In this document: positions 1 to 13,071 of the stretch, piece by piece | Layout: the number at the start of each line of letters is the position of its first letter | How positions within the stretch are numbered: the first letter of the stretch is position 1 | Source: Cetorhinus maximus | Taxonomy: Eukaryota | DNA length: 64,000 nt | Direction of reading: 5' to 3' | Assembly: GCF_964194155.1 (NCBI RefSeq) | Contig: NC_135908.1 | Coordinates: 5,394,001-5,458,000, forward strand | The notes under the pieces: generated by a model | What the model was told of the DNA's origin: nothing | What the model saw: only the letters and a program-made list of their open reading frames with translations | The model's database searches: none | Position numbers and translations under genes: made by a program

Positions 1-632
1 TACCACTGAGTAGAAACTGAACTGGACCAGCAATACTGTGGCTACAAGAGCAGGTCAGAGGCTGGAAATTCTGAGGTGAGTAACTCACCTCCTGACTCAC
101 CAATCCACCATCTATAAGGCTCAAGGTCAGGAGTGTGATGGAATTCTCTTTATTTGCTTGGATGAATGCAGCTCCAACAATGCTCAAGAAGCTCAGCACC
201 ATCCAGGACAAAGCAGTCTGCTTGATCGGTATCCTTTCCACCAACTTAAACAATCACTCCCTCTATCACTGACACACAGTGGCAGCAGTGTGTACAATAT
301 ACGAGATGCATTGCAGCAGCTCACCAAGGCTCCTTCTACAGCACCTTCCAAAGCCGTGATCTCCGCCACCTAGAAGGACAAGGGCAGCAGATGACGGGAG
401 CACCACCTGCAACTTCTCCTCTAAGCTACATACCATTCTGAATTGCAACTACATTGTTGTTCCTTCACTGTTGCTGGATCAAAATCCTTGGAATTCCCTC
501 CCTTACGGCACTGTAGGTGTACTTGGACCAGATGGACTGCAGCGGTACAAGAAGGCTGCTCACCATCACCTTCTCAAGGGCAATTTGGGATGGGCAACAA
601 ATGTTGGCCTTGCCAGCGACACCCACACCCCA
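1..632 (+). mobile_element. LINE (CR1/L2-type) 3' fragment
   Basis: Same degenerate ORF2 end and tail (...AAGGGCAATTTGGGATGGGCAACAAATG...) as copies at 15.5, 34.5, 36.9, 52.0 and 62.1 kb. Confidence 0.8.
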
Positions 633-1559
633 AGAAGGAAGAGCGAGCGCGCAACTATCCTTTAACATACTGTTGGTATATCGCGCAGTGTGCACGCAAT
701 CTGGGGAGGTGGCGTGTGCGCGAGGGGAGAAGGGAGAGAGAAGGAGATGGGGGAAAAATTATGAGGAGGGAGGGAGGAAGTGAGGACACAGCAAGACCAA
801 AGGGAGGAGTAAGAACAATGAGACACGAGAAAGAAAATGAACTAAAGGAGAGAAATGAGAGAGAATGAGACTACAATTGAATATGGGAATGCATAAGAGA
901 GAGAATGAGAAAAGCGTGAAACGGATCGACAGAGAGAGACAGGAAGAGAAAGACCGATAGCTGCCCAATCTGAGCTGTTCACCTATGTCTCTATATAATA
1001 GCACATGCATAGAAGCAGCTTCCCTCCCCTAGGGACACAAAAATATTCATTGAATATATATCTACATGAGTAGAGGTCCACAAAACATTTGTGGAGAAAT
1101 TAGTATCTTTGTTGCAACAGTAGTTCTTTGAATTCCTATCCCATGCCATTCCTCGCATGCCATACCCATTCCGTTCCTTTCATCCCACCCTTTCTTCCTA
1201 TGCCATCTCCATCTCACTCCCCAGGATGTTCCTCCCTCCCTCCTATGCCAAACCCCCTCTTCCTCTCCCTCCTGCCCATGCCACCCCCCTCCCTCCCATG
1301 CCCTCCACCCCCCTGTGCCATCACCACATACCTTGCTTTTGCATGCCATTTCCCCTTCCCCTCCCTCTCATGGCGATCCCACTTTCCCCCTCCCTGGCCT
1401 ACCCTCTCATGCCATTTCCCCCTCCATGCCATCCAACTGACCATGCTGCTCCCTGCCAATCCTCCCATGCCATCCTCACCCCCAAGGCTGTTCCCCCCCA
1501 TATGTCATGCACCCCAATGCCATCTCCACCTCACCCTTCATGATGTCTCTTTCTCCCCA

Positions 1560-1930
1560 ATGCCGTCTCCCCTTTTCCCCCCTCATGCATTTCCCCTTTT
1601 CCTCCCTCATGCCATTTCCCCTTTTCCTCCCTCATGCCATTTCCCCTTTTCCTCCCTCATGCCATTTCCCCTTTTCCTCCCTCATGCCATTTCCCCTTTT
1701 CCTCCCTCATGCCATTTCCCCTTTTCCTCCCTCATGCCATTTCCCCTTTTCCTCCCTCATGCCATTTCCCCTTTTCCTCCCTCATGCCATTTCCCCTTTT
1801 CCCCCCTCATGCCATTTCCCCTTTTCCCCCCTCATGCATTTCCCCTTTTCCTCCCTCATGCATTTCCCCTTTTCCCCCCTCATGCATTTCCCCTTTTCCT
1901 CCCTCATGCCGTCTCCCCTTTTCCCCCCTC
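1560..1930. repeat. 25-bp pyrimidine-rich minisatellite (CCTCCCTCATGCCATTTCCCCTTTT)n, ~14 copies, with degenerate CATGCC-rich flank from ~1135
   Basis: Period 25 visible directly (units at 1601, 1626, 1651...). Confidence 0.95.
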
Positions 1931-4379
1931 TCTCTTCTGCCTCAGCACTTTACCCCTTCAGCCCCAGCCTTCCCCATTCCTGTCCATCAAATCTCACATT
2001 TAAAAAATGGTTAGCTGGGGAAGTTGCTAAACGGCTCTGCAGGAGGGAAGGGAATGAAATTGGAGGGTTAGGGGAGGGGTGGGGGGGAATAAATAAAAAA
2101 AGGAACCACAACACAAAGAAAAAGGCAATCAGAAAGTTTTTAAAAAGGCACTGATCCTGTGTGATATATCCTAACCCAAACACATTCAAGCCTCCAGACT
2201 ACAATCAAACTAGTTTCTTTACAGTAATTTCAAACTATTTTAAGTGTAGGCCTGGTCACCTGTCCCATATCAAGCAAACAGATAACCTCTTTACTTCAGG
2301 CAATAAGGGTTATAACATACCCATCTTCAAGAGTTACAACATACCCATCTTCCAGAACAGTAAAGTTACTGCAACTCTCATTCTGGATCAATATAAAACT
2401 ACAAACATTTAGTGACGGTAGCGAGAGGCCAAGAGGTATCTGCATCAAAGTGAAGCTGTGAGCTGATGACTGTCTAATAACTTCTTAGAAGAGAGTGTTT
2501 GTTCCTCCCAGTTCATAGACAAAAAGGTACATACAGAAAAAAAGTAGAGCCTACAAGTAGGTTCTTCAGCATTCTCTTCCACCGACATACTTCAGTCCTG
2601 TCATCAGCTACAGTAAAGGATACACTCTGTCTCTACCATTACTAAAATATACTGTGCTTAATGACACGATCATCTGACTGAGAACAAAAATAGACCCCTT
2701 TCCACCCCGCTTAGTTTCCCAACTATGTCTACTTCGTCCTAATGACACAAACAGAAGTTCTTCTGGAAAGGCACACAGACAATTGACCTTCAGCCCTGCG
2801 TGCATTTAGGATTATAATTGCTCTGCAGATTTGGTGACCAGGAGCTGCATATTCGACACTATAGAGGGGAATTATTTCAGCACTGCTCCATGGGTTACAG
2901 GAATCATTCAGTGACGGTAATATTTCCGTATAAACTACCCTTAATATTATCAAGGATTATCACAAGCCAATTTGACATTCTTCTATTTATGTGGGCAAGT
3001 GGTTAATTAGTGGTTAGTGTGCCTACCCAAGTTAAGTCAACTGCTTCCCCCTGCATTGTTAAGAGATCAGCATGAATCAAATACATAAAATGATCACAGG
3101 ACTGCTGTTTAACAGAGTCTGATAGTCTACAAGAACAAGATTATAAGCTTGAACCCAGAGTCAAAACTAAGATTCCTAAACATTTTTGGAAATCTACACT
3201 GTCAATGGAATTTCCTGAAGGCAATGTACAATTCTGCAGTGAAGGGTTCAGTTCTCGGGCAATTTCTGATACCATCTCCCCTCCCCCTGCCCCCCATTAA
3301 AATATCAAGGAGAATGAACTTACAAGAGCTCTATCATCAACTCACAACCTTCCTATCGTTCAGAACACCACCAAGTTGCTGGATTCACCATACTGCAACA
3401 ATATTGGACTCCAAATGTGGTCAGAGCTCAAGGGGAGTCTACAGCAAGGCAGAATTTCTGCTGGTCCACCAACATCTGACAAAGATTTTAAATTGATTTT
3501 TCCAGTATACAGGATAGTATTGGGGCAGTACCACTTTACACACAAAAGAACATATAGGCCTGGTGATTACTAACTCATCAGAGCTCTGGTTAAGGAACAT
3601 GTCCTCGGCCACCTGAGGTTCAGAATTTCCAAAGATTATTAGGTCCACGCATAGGCACGCATTGACAAGAGGGATGGGGGGCATCCAAAGTTTCAGCATT
3701 ATCACAAGTATGTAAAATTTTACTTTTAAGTTTACCTCACCAGCATTCACAGAAAATAACATAAAAATACTTTCCCTCTGATTTTTCTGTTTCTCCCATA
3801 TTTGTTTCCTTGGACAAGTTTCTCCTCTTCTTAAACTGAACCTGAATTCAGCCACTTTATTATTCTCCATCTGCTTCTCCAGGGTCTTTGGTTTTCCAAT
3901 CGTTCACCCACCTCAACTCCTGCCTTCTATTATCTCATTGTTGGTTAATTTCAGTCACTGTGGATCTAGTGGCCAAACTTTTGTAATGCCCAGGTCACCT
4001 TCTTGATTTCACATTTCTCAGAGATTATCCACCTTCTGTGTTTTGCTCTACTTTTGGCACCAGTTTTTTTTAAACACAGCCCGAGAGATCAATCCCAAAC
4101 AAATCAAACGCTGCTTCAAATACCTCAGTGGAAAGAAAGATGTGAAACAAAGAGCCCAGGACATTGTCAATGATATGAATGAACAAATTCTGACATTAAT
4201 ATGCTCAGGAGGCTTCTTGGACAAAACTTACAGAGACACACCTTTCTATTATGATCTCCATTATTTGTGGATCTGAAGCTTTTCACTGCAGCCTTTTGCC
4301 CAGTCAACTGCTAAGCAATGTTTTTTTTTTATATATTCGGTGATCAAACTGAGGGATATCAGTGCTGCTAAAGAGGCAT

Positions 4380-5048
4380 CTGGCATTGGCACCAAACACT
4401 GCCATCAGGTAGTGCACAGGAAAGATCCTGGCACTCTGTACCAAGTGCATTTCCGACTGCATAACGTTTTTGTTCTGTTTTCCACACCAACCACCCTTAA
4501 AAGAAAAAAAAAGATTTTATTTCCATAGTGCCACATCACCCTGGGACGTCCCAAAATGCATTGCAGGTTTGATAGTGTAGTAACTGTTGTAACATAGGAA
4601 ATATTGCAGCCAATTTGCACATAGCAAGCTCCCACAAACAGTGGTAATGTGCAGGTAATTTGTTTTAGTGATGTTGGTTTAGGGATGAAAATTAATCAGG
4701 ACTGGGGTAGAACTCTCGTTCTTCTGCAAATAATATCACAAGATCTTTAATATCTCAGCCAAAAGACTGCACCAAAACAGTCCCACTGTTTGTGGGGAGC
4801 TTGCTGTGTGCAAATTGGCTGCAATATCTCCTATGTTACAACAGTTACTACACTATCAAAGCTGCAATGCATTTTGGAACATTCCAGGGTCATGTGGCAC
4901 TATGGAAATAGAATCTTTTTTTTCTTTTAAGGGTGGTTGGTGTGGAAAACAGAACAAAACCGTTATGCAGTCGGAAGTGCACTTGGTACAGAGTGCCAGG
5001 ATCTTTCCTGTGCACTACCTGATGGCAGTGTTTGGTGCCAATGCCAGA
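4380..5048. repeat. Inverted duplication, ~265-bp arms (4380-4644 / 4783-5048), ~140-bp spacer
   Basis: TGGCATTGGCACCAAACACTGCCATCAGG... at 4381 is the reverse complement of ...CCTGATGGCAGTGTTTGGTGCCAATGCCA ending ~5046; few mismatches along the arms. Confidence 0.95.
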
Positions 5049-5160
5049 GCACTCTCTCAGTATTGTACTGAAGTGAGAGCCTAAAATTTGTGCTCAAATC
5101 TTTGAAGGGGGACTTGAACCCGCAACTTCCAGAAACAAGAATGTTATCATGGGCCAATGT
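4510..5160 (-). mobile_element. DeuSINE-like SINE (Deu-domain family), interrupted by the inverted duplication
   Basis: Deu-like core (GTTTGTGGGAGCTTGCT.TG.CAAATTGGCTGC on -) and tRNA-like head (GGGTTCAAGTCCC on -) near 5110-5125. Confidence 0.65.
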
Positions 5161-5424
5161 TGCCACTGGCACTGGGTACACAGCACATATAAGTCGCCTT
5201 TAAACCTGTGCATCTTGACAGTAAGCACCACCAGGCTACTCAGTTCGTACACAATTAAGGATGCCCCAAGAAAATATTAAAGGCGCTGAACTACAGAACT
5301 ACCATGTCTTAAAGAGGTTATTGGCGCAATGTTGCAACTGTCATAATAAATGACAAAAATCACTAGTCACCAAGGGTACCCCAGTTGTCCCCTCTAGAAC
5401 TTCCTCAGTAATTAACAAGTATCA

Positions 5425-5870
5425 GCCATGGTTCAGTGTCATCAATCTAGCCTCCAAGTCAGAGATTGATAGCTCAAGCCCCACTCCAGAGATCTGAACA
5501 AATAATTCAGTGCAGTACTGTGGGACTGCTGCAATACCAGAGGTGTCATCTTGCAGATGAGGTGTTAAATTTAGGCGCTATCTGCACTCTCAGGGACAAG
5601 TTAAAAAAAACCCATAATATTCGAACAGGAGGAAGTTTTTCTGGTGTCCTACCAACAATATTCGCCAAACGCTACGAATGCAGATCATTTCTTCATTTAT
5701 ATCATTGCTACATTACAACATGGACTATAAATTAAAAGTACTTTATTGGCCGAGGTTAAAAAAGGTGCTGCGTATCTGCAAGGTGATTGGCCGAGGTTAA
5801 AAAAGGTGCTGCGTATCTGCAAGGTGATTGGCCGAGGTTAAAAAAGGTGCTGCGTATCTGCAAGGTCTTT
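5425..5870 (+). mobile_element. DeuSINE-like SINE
   Basis: Head CAGCCATGGTTCAGTG...CCCACTCCAGAGA; body CAGTGCAGTACTG...GATGAGGTGTTAAA. Confidence 0.65.
5745..5866. repeat. Perfect 41-bp tandem triplication
   Basis: ATTGGCCGAGGTTAAAAAAGGTGCTGCGTATCTGCAAGGT(G) at 5745, 5786 and 5827. Confidence 0.95.
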
Positions 5871-6094
5871 CAACATAATATAGAAACATCTATTGTGCTG
5901 CCTTGGTTACGTGGCTTCAAAGTAATAAAATGCTGCTCTTAAAATTTAAATGCTGAATGAGCCTATTCATTAAAGTCTTTTGGCATCAACAACTATATAT
6001 TGCTACTTTGTCATATGGTTTCAGACTTGCTTTGAAAGGGCCAAAATGCAGCATTTTTTCATCAGTGTATATGTATCGATAAGTTATAAACAAA

Positions 6095-6480
6095 AGATTT
6101 GCATTTATATAGCACCTTTCATATCAGAACCCCCAAAGCACTTTCAAGCCATTTAAGTACTTTTGAACCATAGCCACTGTTGTCATATAGGAAACATGGC
6201 AGCCAATTTTTGAACAGCAAGCTCCCATAAACGCCAATATGTTAATGGCCAGATGATCTGTTTTAGTGATGTTGATTGAGGGATAAATATTGGCCAAGAC
6301 ACCTGGGAGAAACCCGCTGCTCTTCTTTGAAATAGTGCTGCGGGATTTTTTTACATCCACCTGAGAGGGCAGACGGTGCCTCGTTTAACATCTCATCCAA
6401 AAGTAGGCACCCCTGACAGTGCAGAATTCCCTCAGTACTGTACTGTCAGCTTAGGTTATGGTGCTCAAGTCTCTGAATTT
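6095..6480 (-). mobile_element. DeuSINE-like SINE
   Basis: Reverse complement of the family seen at 13072-13485 (TTGCATTTATATAGCACCTTTC tail, Deu-like core). Confidence 0.7.
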
Positions 6481-7822
6481 TATTTCCAAGTTTTTTTTAA
6501 ACTGAGTTAAAATTTACACATTGAAACACTCATTCTCTGGATTAAGAGTCCAGGCATTAGGGTTACTCAGGTAACATAACCATTAAATATCATACCTCTA
6601 TCCAATGATTACTGTTGGTAAATCCAATTACGTGGACAATAACTTACATTTATACATAGTGGCTTGGCAAAATGATAAAAAGCACTTCACAAGGGAATGG
6701 GGATAAATCCAAAACCATACAGCAACAGAGAAAACTTTTGATAGGACTTTCACATGAGGAAGACAAAGAAGATGGGTTTGTAGAAAAATCCAGAGAGCTG
6801 AAGCATGATGGCTAAAGGTTTTGGCACCAATATGGTGAAAAAGGATGGGAGAATGAAAGTGTCAGCAGAGGGGAGGGGATGGGAGATTAGATGAATGTCT
6901 GGGGTTGGCTGCAGGGGTCTTGGGGAGCAGAGCTACAGAAGCATTTGAGGTTAAAAAAAAAAATCAAGTCCATGCTGATGTGGTGTACATATCAAGGACT
7001 ATAACGCTGCTCACAGAATTGCCTGCCAATTTTCACCATTAAGGCTGGAACATGAAAACCAGTCATTTGACCAAAGTGCCCATCAAGAGGAACAGGTGAC
7101 TTTGGACCTACGCTATGTGATATGAAACAGATCATATGGTCATTACTGCTGTTTGTAGGAGCTTGCTGTGCATAAATTGGCTGTCGCATTTCCTACATTG
7201 TAACAGTGATATGCTTCAAAAGTACTTCGTTGACTGCTTCATTGGGATGTCCTGAGGTTGCAAAAGGCACTGTATAAATGCTTTTTTTTAATACCCAAAG
7301 CTCTCCATTGAATGTCTATGTCTGTTGTGGGCTAAATGATAAGTGATTGATGACATTGGTTAATCAACAACTGCATTTGATTGCAAAGTGCCACACAGGT
7401 GGCTTGTTAAGAGGTGGAATTAAGCGAAAATGACAGGAAGCAGAGGGAGGTGATGGTGGATGGATATTTTTCAGGGTGGGTGGCTTGCTGTAGTGTTCCC
7501 CAAGGCACAGTTTCCATTCCATTGCTCATTGCAATATTTATAAACAACTTAAGACTCTGGTGTCGGGAATAGCATTAAAAGTTTACAGGTGATATGAAAC
7601 TTGTTAAAGGAGTAGTCACTGATGAGGATAGTTAAAGGTGGCAATATGACATAAACAGGTGGTGAAGTGAGCAATGTCACATAGAGCTCAATGTGGACAT
7701 GTGTGATGTAATGCACTTTGGGAGGACTCATCTGGAAAGACAGAATTCTATAAGTAGCACAATTCTGAAAAGTGTAGATGAGCAGAAAGATGCACATGTC
7801 CATAAAGGTGACAGGGCAACTC

Positions 7823-8741
7823 AGACCATAAGACATAGGAGCAGAAATTAGGCCAATCGGCCCATCGAGTCTGCTCTGCCATTCAATCATAGCTCATAAG
7901 TTTCTCAACCCCATTCTCCCACCTTCTCCCCGTAGCCTTTGATCCCCTTACCAATCAAGAACCTATCTATCTCGGTCTTAAATACACTCAATGACCTGGC
8001 CTCCACAGCCTTCTGTGGCAATGAATTCCATAGATTCACCACTCTCTGGCTAAAGAAGTTTCTCCTCATCTCTGTTCTAAAAGGTCTTCCCTTTACTCTG
8101 AGGCTGTGCCCTCGGGTCCTAGTCTCTCCTACTAATGGAAACATCTTCCCCACGTCCACTCTATCCAGGCCTTTCAGTATTCTGTAAATTTCAATCAGAT
8201 CCCCCCATATCCTTCTAAACTCCATCGAGTATAGACCCAGAGTCCTCAAACGTTCCTCATATGTTAAGCCTTTCATTCCTGGGATTATTCTTGTGAACCT
8301 CTTCTGGACCCTCTCCAGGGCCAGCACATTCTTCCTGAGATACAGGGCCCAAAATTGCTCACAATATTCTAAATGTGGTCTAACCAGAGCCTTATAAAGC
8401 CTCAGCAGCACATCCCTGCTTTTATATTCTAGTCCTCTCGAAATAAATGCCAACATTGCATTTGCCTTCCTAACTACCGACTCAACCTGCAAGTTAACCT
8501 TAAGAGAATCCTGGAGTAGGACTCCCAAGTCCCTATGCACTCCAGATTTCTGAATTCTCTCCCCATTCAGAAAATAGTCCATGCCTCTTCTTCCTACCAA
8601 AGTGCATGACCTCTCACTTCCCCACGTTGTATTCCATCTGCCACTTCTTTGCCCATTCTCCTAACCTGTCCAAATCCTTCTGCAGCCTCCCCGCCTCCTC
8701 AATACTACCTGTCCCTCCACCTATCTTTGTATCATCTGCAA
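7823..8741 (-). mobile_element. Young 5'-truncated CR1 LINE (RT C-terminus + 3' UTR), nested in an older +-strand CR1 (~7330-9300)
   Basis: Open 231-aa ORF 7905-8600 with DLGVL, LYKALVRPHLEYCEQFW, TRGH, FFSQRVVNLWNSLP; FADD motif at its 5' end; tail CCTATGTCTTATGGTCT. Confidence 0.92.
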
Positions 8742-9799
8742 TCATGCAAACTTGATGGTTTAAAAAAAAGGACAAGGGTTACTTGGATTTATAAACAGAG
8801 GAATAGAATTTAAAAGCAAAGAGATTATGCTAGAATTTTATAAATCACTAGGTTAGGTCCTAGCTGGAGTATTGTAGAAAATTCTGGGCGCTACACTGCA
8901 GGAAAGATGTAAAGGCCTTAGAAAGCACGCAGAGGAGTTTGATCAAGATGTTACCAGGAATGAGGAACTTCAGTTACAGGAAGTTGGAAAAGTTAAAACT
9001 GTTTTTCATGGATCAGAAGAGATTAAGAAATGACTCTAATAGATGTTTTCAAGATAATAAAAGATTTTGATAGTGGTGGAAAATAATTATTACTGCCAGA
9101 AAGTAGGTCAATAACTAGAAGTCATAGATTCAGAATCATTGGCAACAGAACCAAAAGGGAGATGAATTTTTTTCCACAGTTTTTTGGATCTGGAAGAATT
9201 TAGTTGCCAAGGTAGTGAAAGCTAGTACCATAATAATTTTAAAAGGGAGTTGGACAGTTAGTTGACAACGAGGAACTTGCATAATTAGGTATTAAAAAGG
9301 AGTGTGGCAATGGCCTTCCAGATTATTTATTTTGCCCAACATTCACATATCAATGAATCATTATCCGAATCAAGGTTATGTAGTTCCTGAAACTTAGAAA
9401 TCTCAGGCAAAGGTGTGGAATTCTCTCAAATCTACACACACACATGATGGTGCAAGGTAGTGTGCTGAGATAAGTCTTATATTCCTCTTGACAAGGGAGT
9501 CAAGGGCCATGGGAGTGGGGGGGACAGACAGGAAAGTGGAGTCGAGACCACAACCAGATCAGTCATGATCTTATCGAATGGCGGAGCAGAGCAGGCTAGT
9601 AGGGCTGAATGGCTTATCCATGCTCCTAAATCCTATGTGCCTAGAGCCTGCAACAGGCACGACGGGCTGAATGGCCTCCTTCGGTAGCGTAGCCTTCTCG
9701 GATTCTATGTGTCGGGTGGCAGGGGACTGGGTGGGTTTCTGTGCCTTTCGCTTTGACTGGGGATGCCTTTTGTTTGCCAAGAATGGGTGGTTTCAGGAG

Positions 9800-10630
9800 A
9801 GATGGGGAATGAATGACAAGCAGCTGTACTGATTCAAGCGGCATCCGAGGCAGAGAGAAAAGACTCGCAAAGGCGGCAACCGAGAAGCAGCACAAACCGA
9901 CAAAGGCACCTTGGAATTGCCGCTCCCAGCCGGGCTCTTGCCTTTGCCCCCGTACGAGGAACCCGAGCTGCCGCTGCCCGAACGCTCCCGCTCATCGCCC
10001 GCAGGCCCCATTTTGGGCCCCGGCCTGTCCCGGGGCTCGACGCCGGCTCCGGGCTGCCGCTGCCCGCTCCTCTCACGCCCGTCGCCGCCGCCTAGAAACG
10101 CCGGCGCAAATTCCCTCCGCCTGCTCCGGGACTCCTTGGACATTTTCTCCTCGCTTTAATTTCACATCGATTTGGATTTTTTTTTTTCACTTGCGGTGAA
10201 AATATCTCTCGGTCGGGGGGGGGGGGGGGGGGGAGGGGTTAAAATCGTCTCAGTTAATGACAACAAAACATCGGCGGCGGCGGCTCTTCATTGACAGACG
10301 CGCAACCAAACTCCACGCCGGAAGAATCCCCTTCCCTAGATTCCTGACCGACGGCCGTGCCGACCAATCGCCTCCCTCAGCCGGCACCGCGATCCCGCCC
10401 CTTCGCTCCTACCTGGACCCGCCCAGCCAGGGGGCGGGGCCGGAGGCGGCCAGCAGGCTTGGTTGCAGCGGCGCTGTCAAGCAACGCAGCCAACGGGGGC
10501 TGCGCTCCCATTGGTCGGGTCGGAGCCCCCCTTCCCGGCGAGCCTTGCGGGCCGCCCCGCTCAAACTGGAGGCGGGAAAGAGAGAGCCGGGCAGAGCGAG
10601 GTTGGCAACGTGCGAAGTCAGGGAGATGGG
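9800..10630 (-). promoter_or_regulatory. CpG island promoter (GC boxes, CCAAT boxes, ETS motif)
   Basis: High CpG density; GGGGCGGGGC ~10431, CCAAT ~10364, ATTGG ~10510, CCGGAAG ~10318; G18-19 run ~10215. Confidence 0.8.
9910..10143 (-). CDS. SCAPER: Putative first coding exon (78 aa, MSKESRSRRREFAPAFLGGG...GSGNSK) of a divergently transcribed gene, probably SCAPER
   Basis: ATG in good context (GAAAATGT) inside a CpG island, phase-0 donor AAG|GTGCCT. Identity inferred only from vertebrate SCAPER(-)/RCN2(+)/PSTPIP1(+) synteny; no recognisable SCAPER core exon in the window. Confidence 0.45.
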
Positions 10631-10780
10631 GGAGGCACACTCAAGAATCTTGCATCGTTTGAGAGCTTAAGTTGGAAACGCAAACTGAAAATGAACAGCA
10701 ACATTTTAACACCTGTAAAAATAAATGAATACTTTTAGACATCCTTAGTCTCTTGTGTATTTCTAATTTGTTTCAAAGAG

Positions 10781-11065
10781 GTGCTAGTAAAATCTGAGAC
10801 CAAAAGAACTCTGCTGATCAAGATCAGGAAGAGACAGTTGGAATTTCTTGGGTGCATAATAAGAAATCATGATTTAGAAAGCCTGATGCTGATGGGAAAG
10901 ATTGATGGTAAAAGGGGTCAAGGTGGGCAAAGGACGATCTTTTTAAAAGGCCCTGCAAGCTGGATCAATGTACCACCAATGAAGATGGTCCACTCCTCCA
11001 GAGCAAGATTAACATGAAGGTCCATTTTCTTCAACCCCCTCTCAGGGCTTAGTACTGGAAGAGAG
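10781..11065 (+). mobile_element. RTE-clade LINE 3' end fragment
   Basis: Peptide IRKRQLEFLGCIIR..LESLMLMGKIDGKRGQG matches the typical RTE ORF C-terminus (R.RQL.FLGHI.R...G+I.GKR.RGR). Confidence 0.8.
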
Positions 11066-12264
11066 AGAACTTGATAAACTTAATGTTGAATTAAATTAAA
11101 ATGTTGCAATTTACAGGCTGTTGCAACACTTTTTTTATTTTAAATTGTTCCTTTATTCAATTTTGATGGTATAGATTTCTCAATGAAAAAAATGTTGTTT
11201 TAAAGCTCTAATGGTGGACGCAGCCCACAAAAACCATGGATAAACAAACAGCAGAACAAAATAAGAAGTCAAAATGGTATAAATCCTTAAAAGCTCTCTC
11301 TGTCTCCTGTTCCTACCAAATATTTTGTAGAGAACGTGCTTGGGTTGTGTGCTCAGAACTGAACTTAAAACTGGCTGCAACATGAATTCAGTGGTTAAAC
11401 TAAATGTGGCGAAATGGCGGAGAAACCAAAATAATTAAGACTAAAATTGTAACTTAAACATGAAATCCCTCGCCAATGATAAGACAACTAACATTGGGAG
11501 TGAACTCAAGAATAACTTGTTAGCTGGACATAAAGAATGCAATGCCCTATCTGATCCTGTCCTGTGAATGACACTGTTAAAGAATCATTGGAATTTAAGG
11601 GACTAAAAATTGAAATATAGAATGCTCATGTATCCAGGTCTCATTAATTTGGACATTTTCCAGAACATTTATGCATCTGTTAGAAATAATTGACACCCCT
11701 TCAGATACATGTGTCACCCAGTTTGTGTGGAATGGGGTTTTTCTTTAAATATAGGATATACTAAGGGTTTGACGCACCTCTTTGGTTTCTTTTCACATTT
11801 TTAAATGTAGTTTCTCCTTGTAGTTAGGGAAAGGGTATCTTTGTCTTCTTCTGTAATCATCTTTACTAAACAGATGTGATTGGAGTACTTATACAAGTAC
11901 AAGATAAAGCCAGATGGAGCGTAGGAAGTTATTAACCTCAGAACGTTTGGCTACACTAGCCAGTTACAGCAAGAGATAAGTGCATCACTTAACTTCAAAA
12001 ATATGAGATCAAAAAAGGCTATTCAATCTGCTACGTAAACATAACTACAACTATTTATGTCTATTAATAGTTCATGTTCTCCATGGGTAACTTTTTTAAA
12101 ATTATAATTATTACTTTGTAGTAAATAAATAGTTGTACGCATATATACTTGTGTGACCTCTTATTTAATGGTTTGGCAGGAAAGCATAAATTAATATACT
12201 CAGTAATTTCTGTATTTGCAAGAAAAGTACCATCTCCTTCCATGTGAATTAAAATAAGTCAAAA

Positions 12265-12470
12265 GGCGAAATATTGCAGATGCTGGAAACTTTAAATGAA
12301 AAATCAAAAGTGCTGGAAACACTCAGCAGCTCAGGCCACATCTGTGGAGAGATGAAGGTAGAATTAACATGCCAGGTCAATGTCCTTTTGTCAGGACCAG
12401 GGATGTTATAGATGAACAGCTTATAAGGAGGAACAGACCAAGAGAAAAGGGGCGAGAGAGGAAAAGTAAT
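12265..12470 (-). mobile_element. Degenerate Penelope-like element terminal fragment
   Basis: GCAGATGCTGGAAA...TGCTGGAAACACTCAGCAG..CAGG..CATCTGTGGAGAG shared with the 19.6, 39.4 and 63.4 kb copies. Confidence 0.65.
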
Positions 12471-13071
12471 ATTCTGTGATTAGATGAAGGGATGATTATC
12501 TAATAGAAGTGGTTTTCTGTTATTTGATCATCTAATTTACAAAAAATAGGATTTGTTCCATGAATGTCTTTCATTTTTCTTTTGCTGACAGTGATTTCTT
12601 CCAATCCTCAAAGGAATTGCACTCTTTAATTTGGCATTAATGGCAACTGAATCTAACTGGTATTATGAATCTGCAAGAACAAAACAAGTACAAATTATTG
12701 CTTCTTTATGTACAGTATTTCAAATCATGTTAACGTTTTAAATAAATAACTTTTGAAAAGAAACAGAGCCCTTTAAATGCAATAAGACATTAATACATAA
12801 TGTTTCCTACATTACAAAAGTAATTACATTAAAAAAAACACTTCATTTGCTATAAAGAGCACATGGACTTTTTGTGGTCATTAAAGCTACTATATAAATG
12901 CAGGTCTTTTTTCTTTTAAGGATGGTTGATATGGAAAGTAGAAAAATGTTCATATTGATGCAGCAGGGAATGGACTCAGTGTAGAGTGCCATGATCTTTG
13001 CATTACCTGGCCTAGGAGCATTTGCTGCTACCATTGCAATATTAATACTGTAATAGTCCCTGCCTGGTCCA

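Noticed and set aside
1128-2154. Long Pro/Phe-rich ORFs (291, 215 and 126 aa)
   Set aside because: Artefacts of the stop-free 25-bp minisatellite.
2560-4290. Candidate - strand exons (CTGTAG|...|GTATGT near 2590; donor GTAAGT near 4228)
   Set aside because: No recognisable SCAPER peptide and no convincing acceptor-donor pair.
7905-8600. 231-aa ORF as a host gene
   Set aside because: It is the C-terminal part of a CR1 ORF2.
9813-10738. Several overlapping ORFs on both strands
   Set aside because: Expected in a GC-rich CpG island. Only the - strand frame from 10143 has a plausible start and donor.
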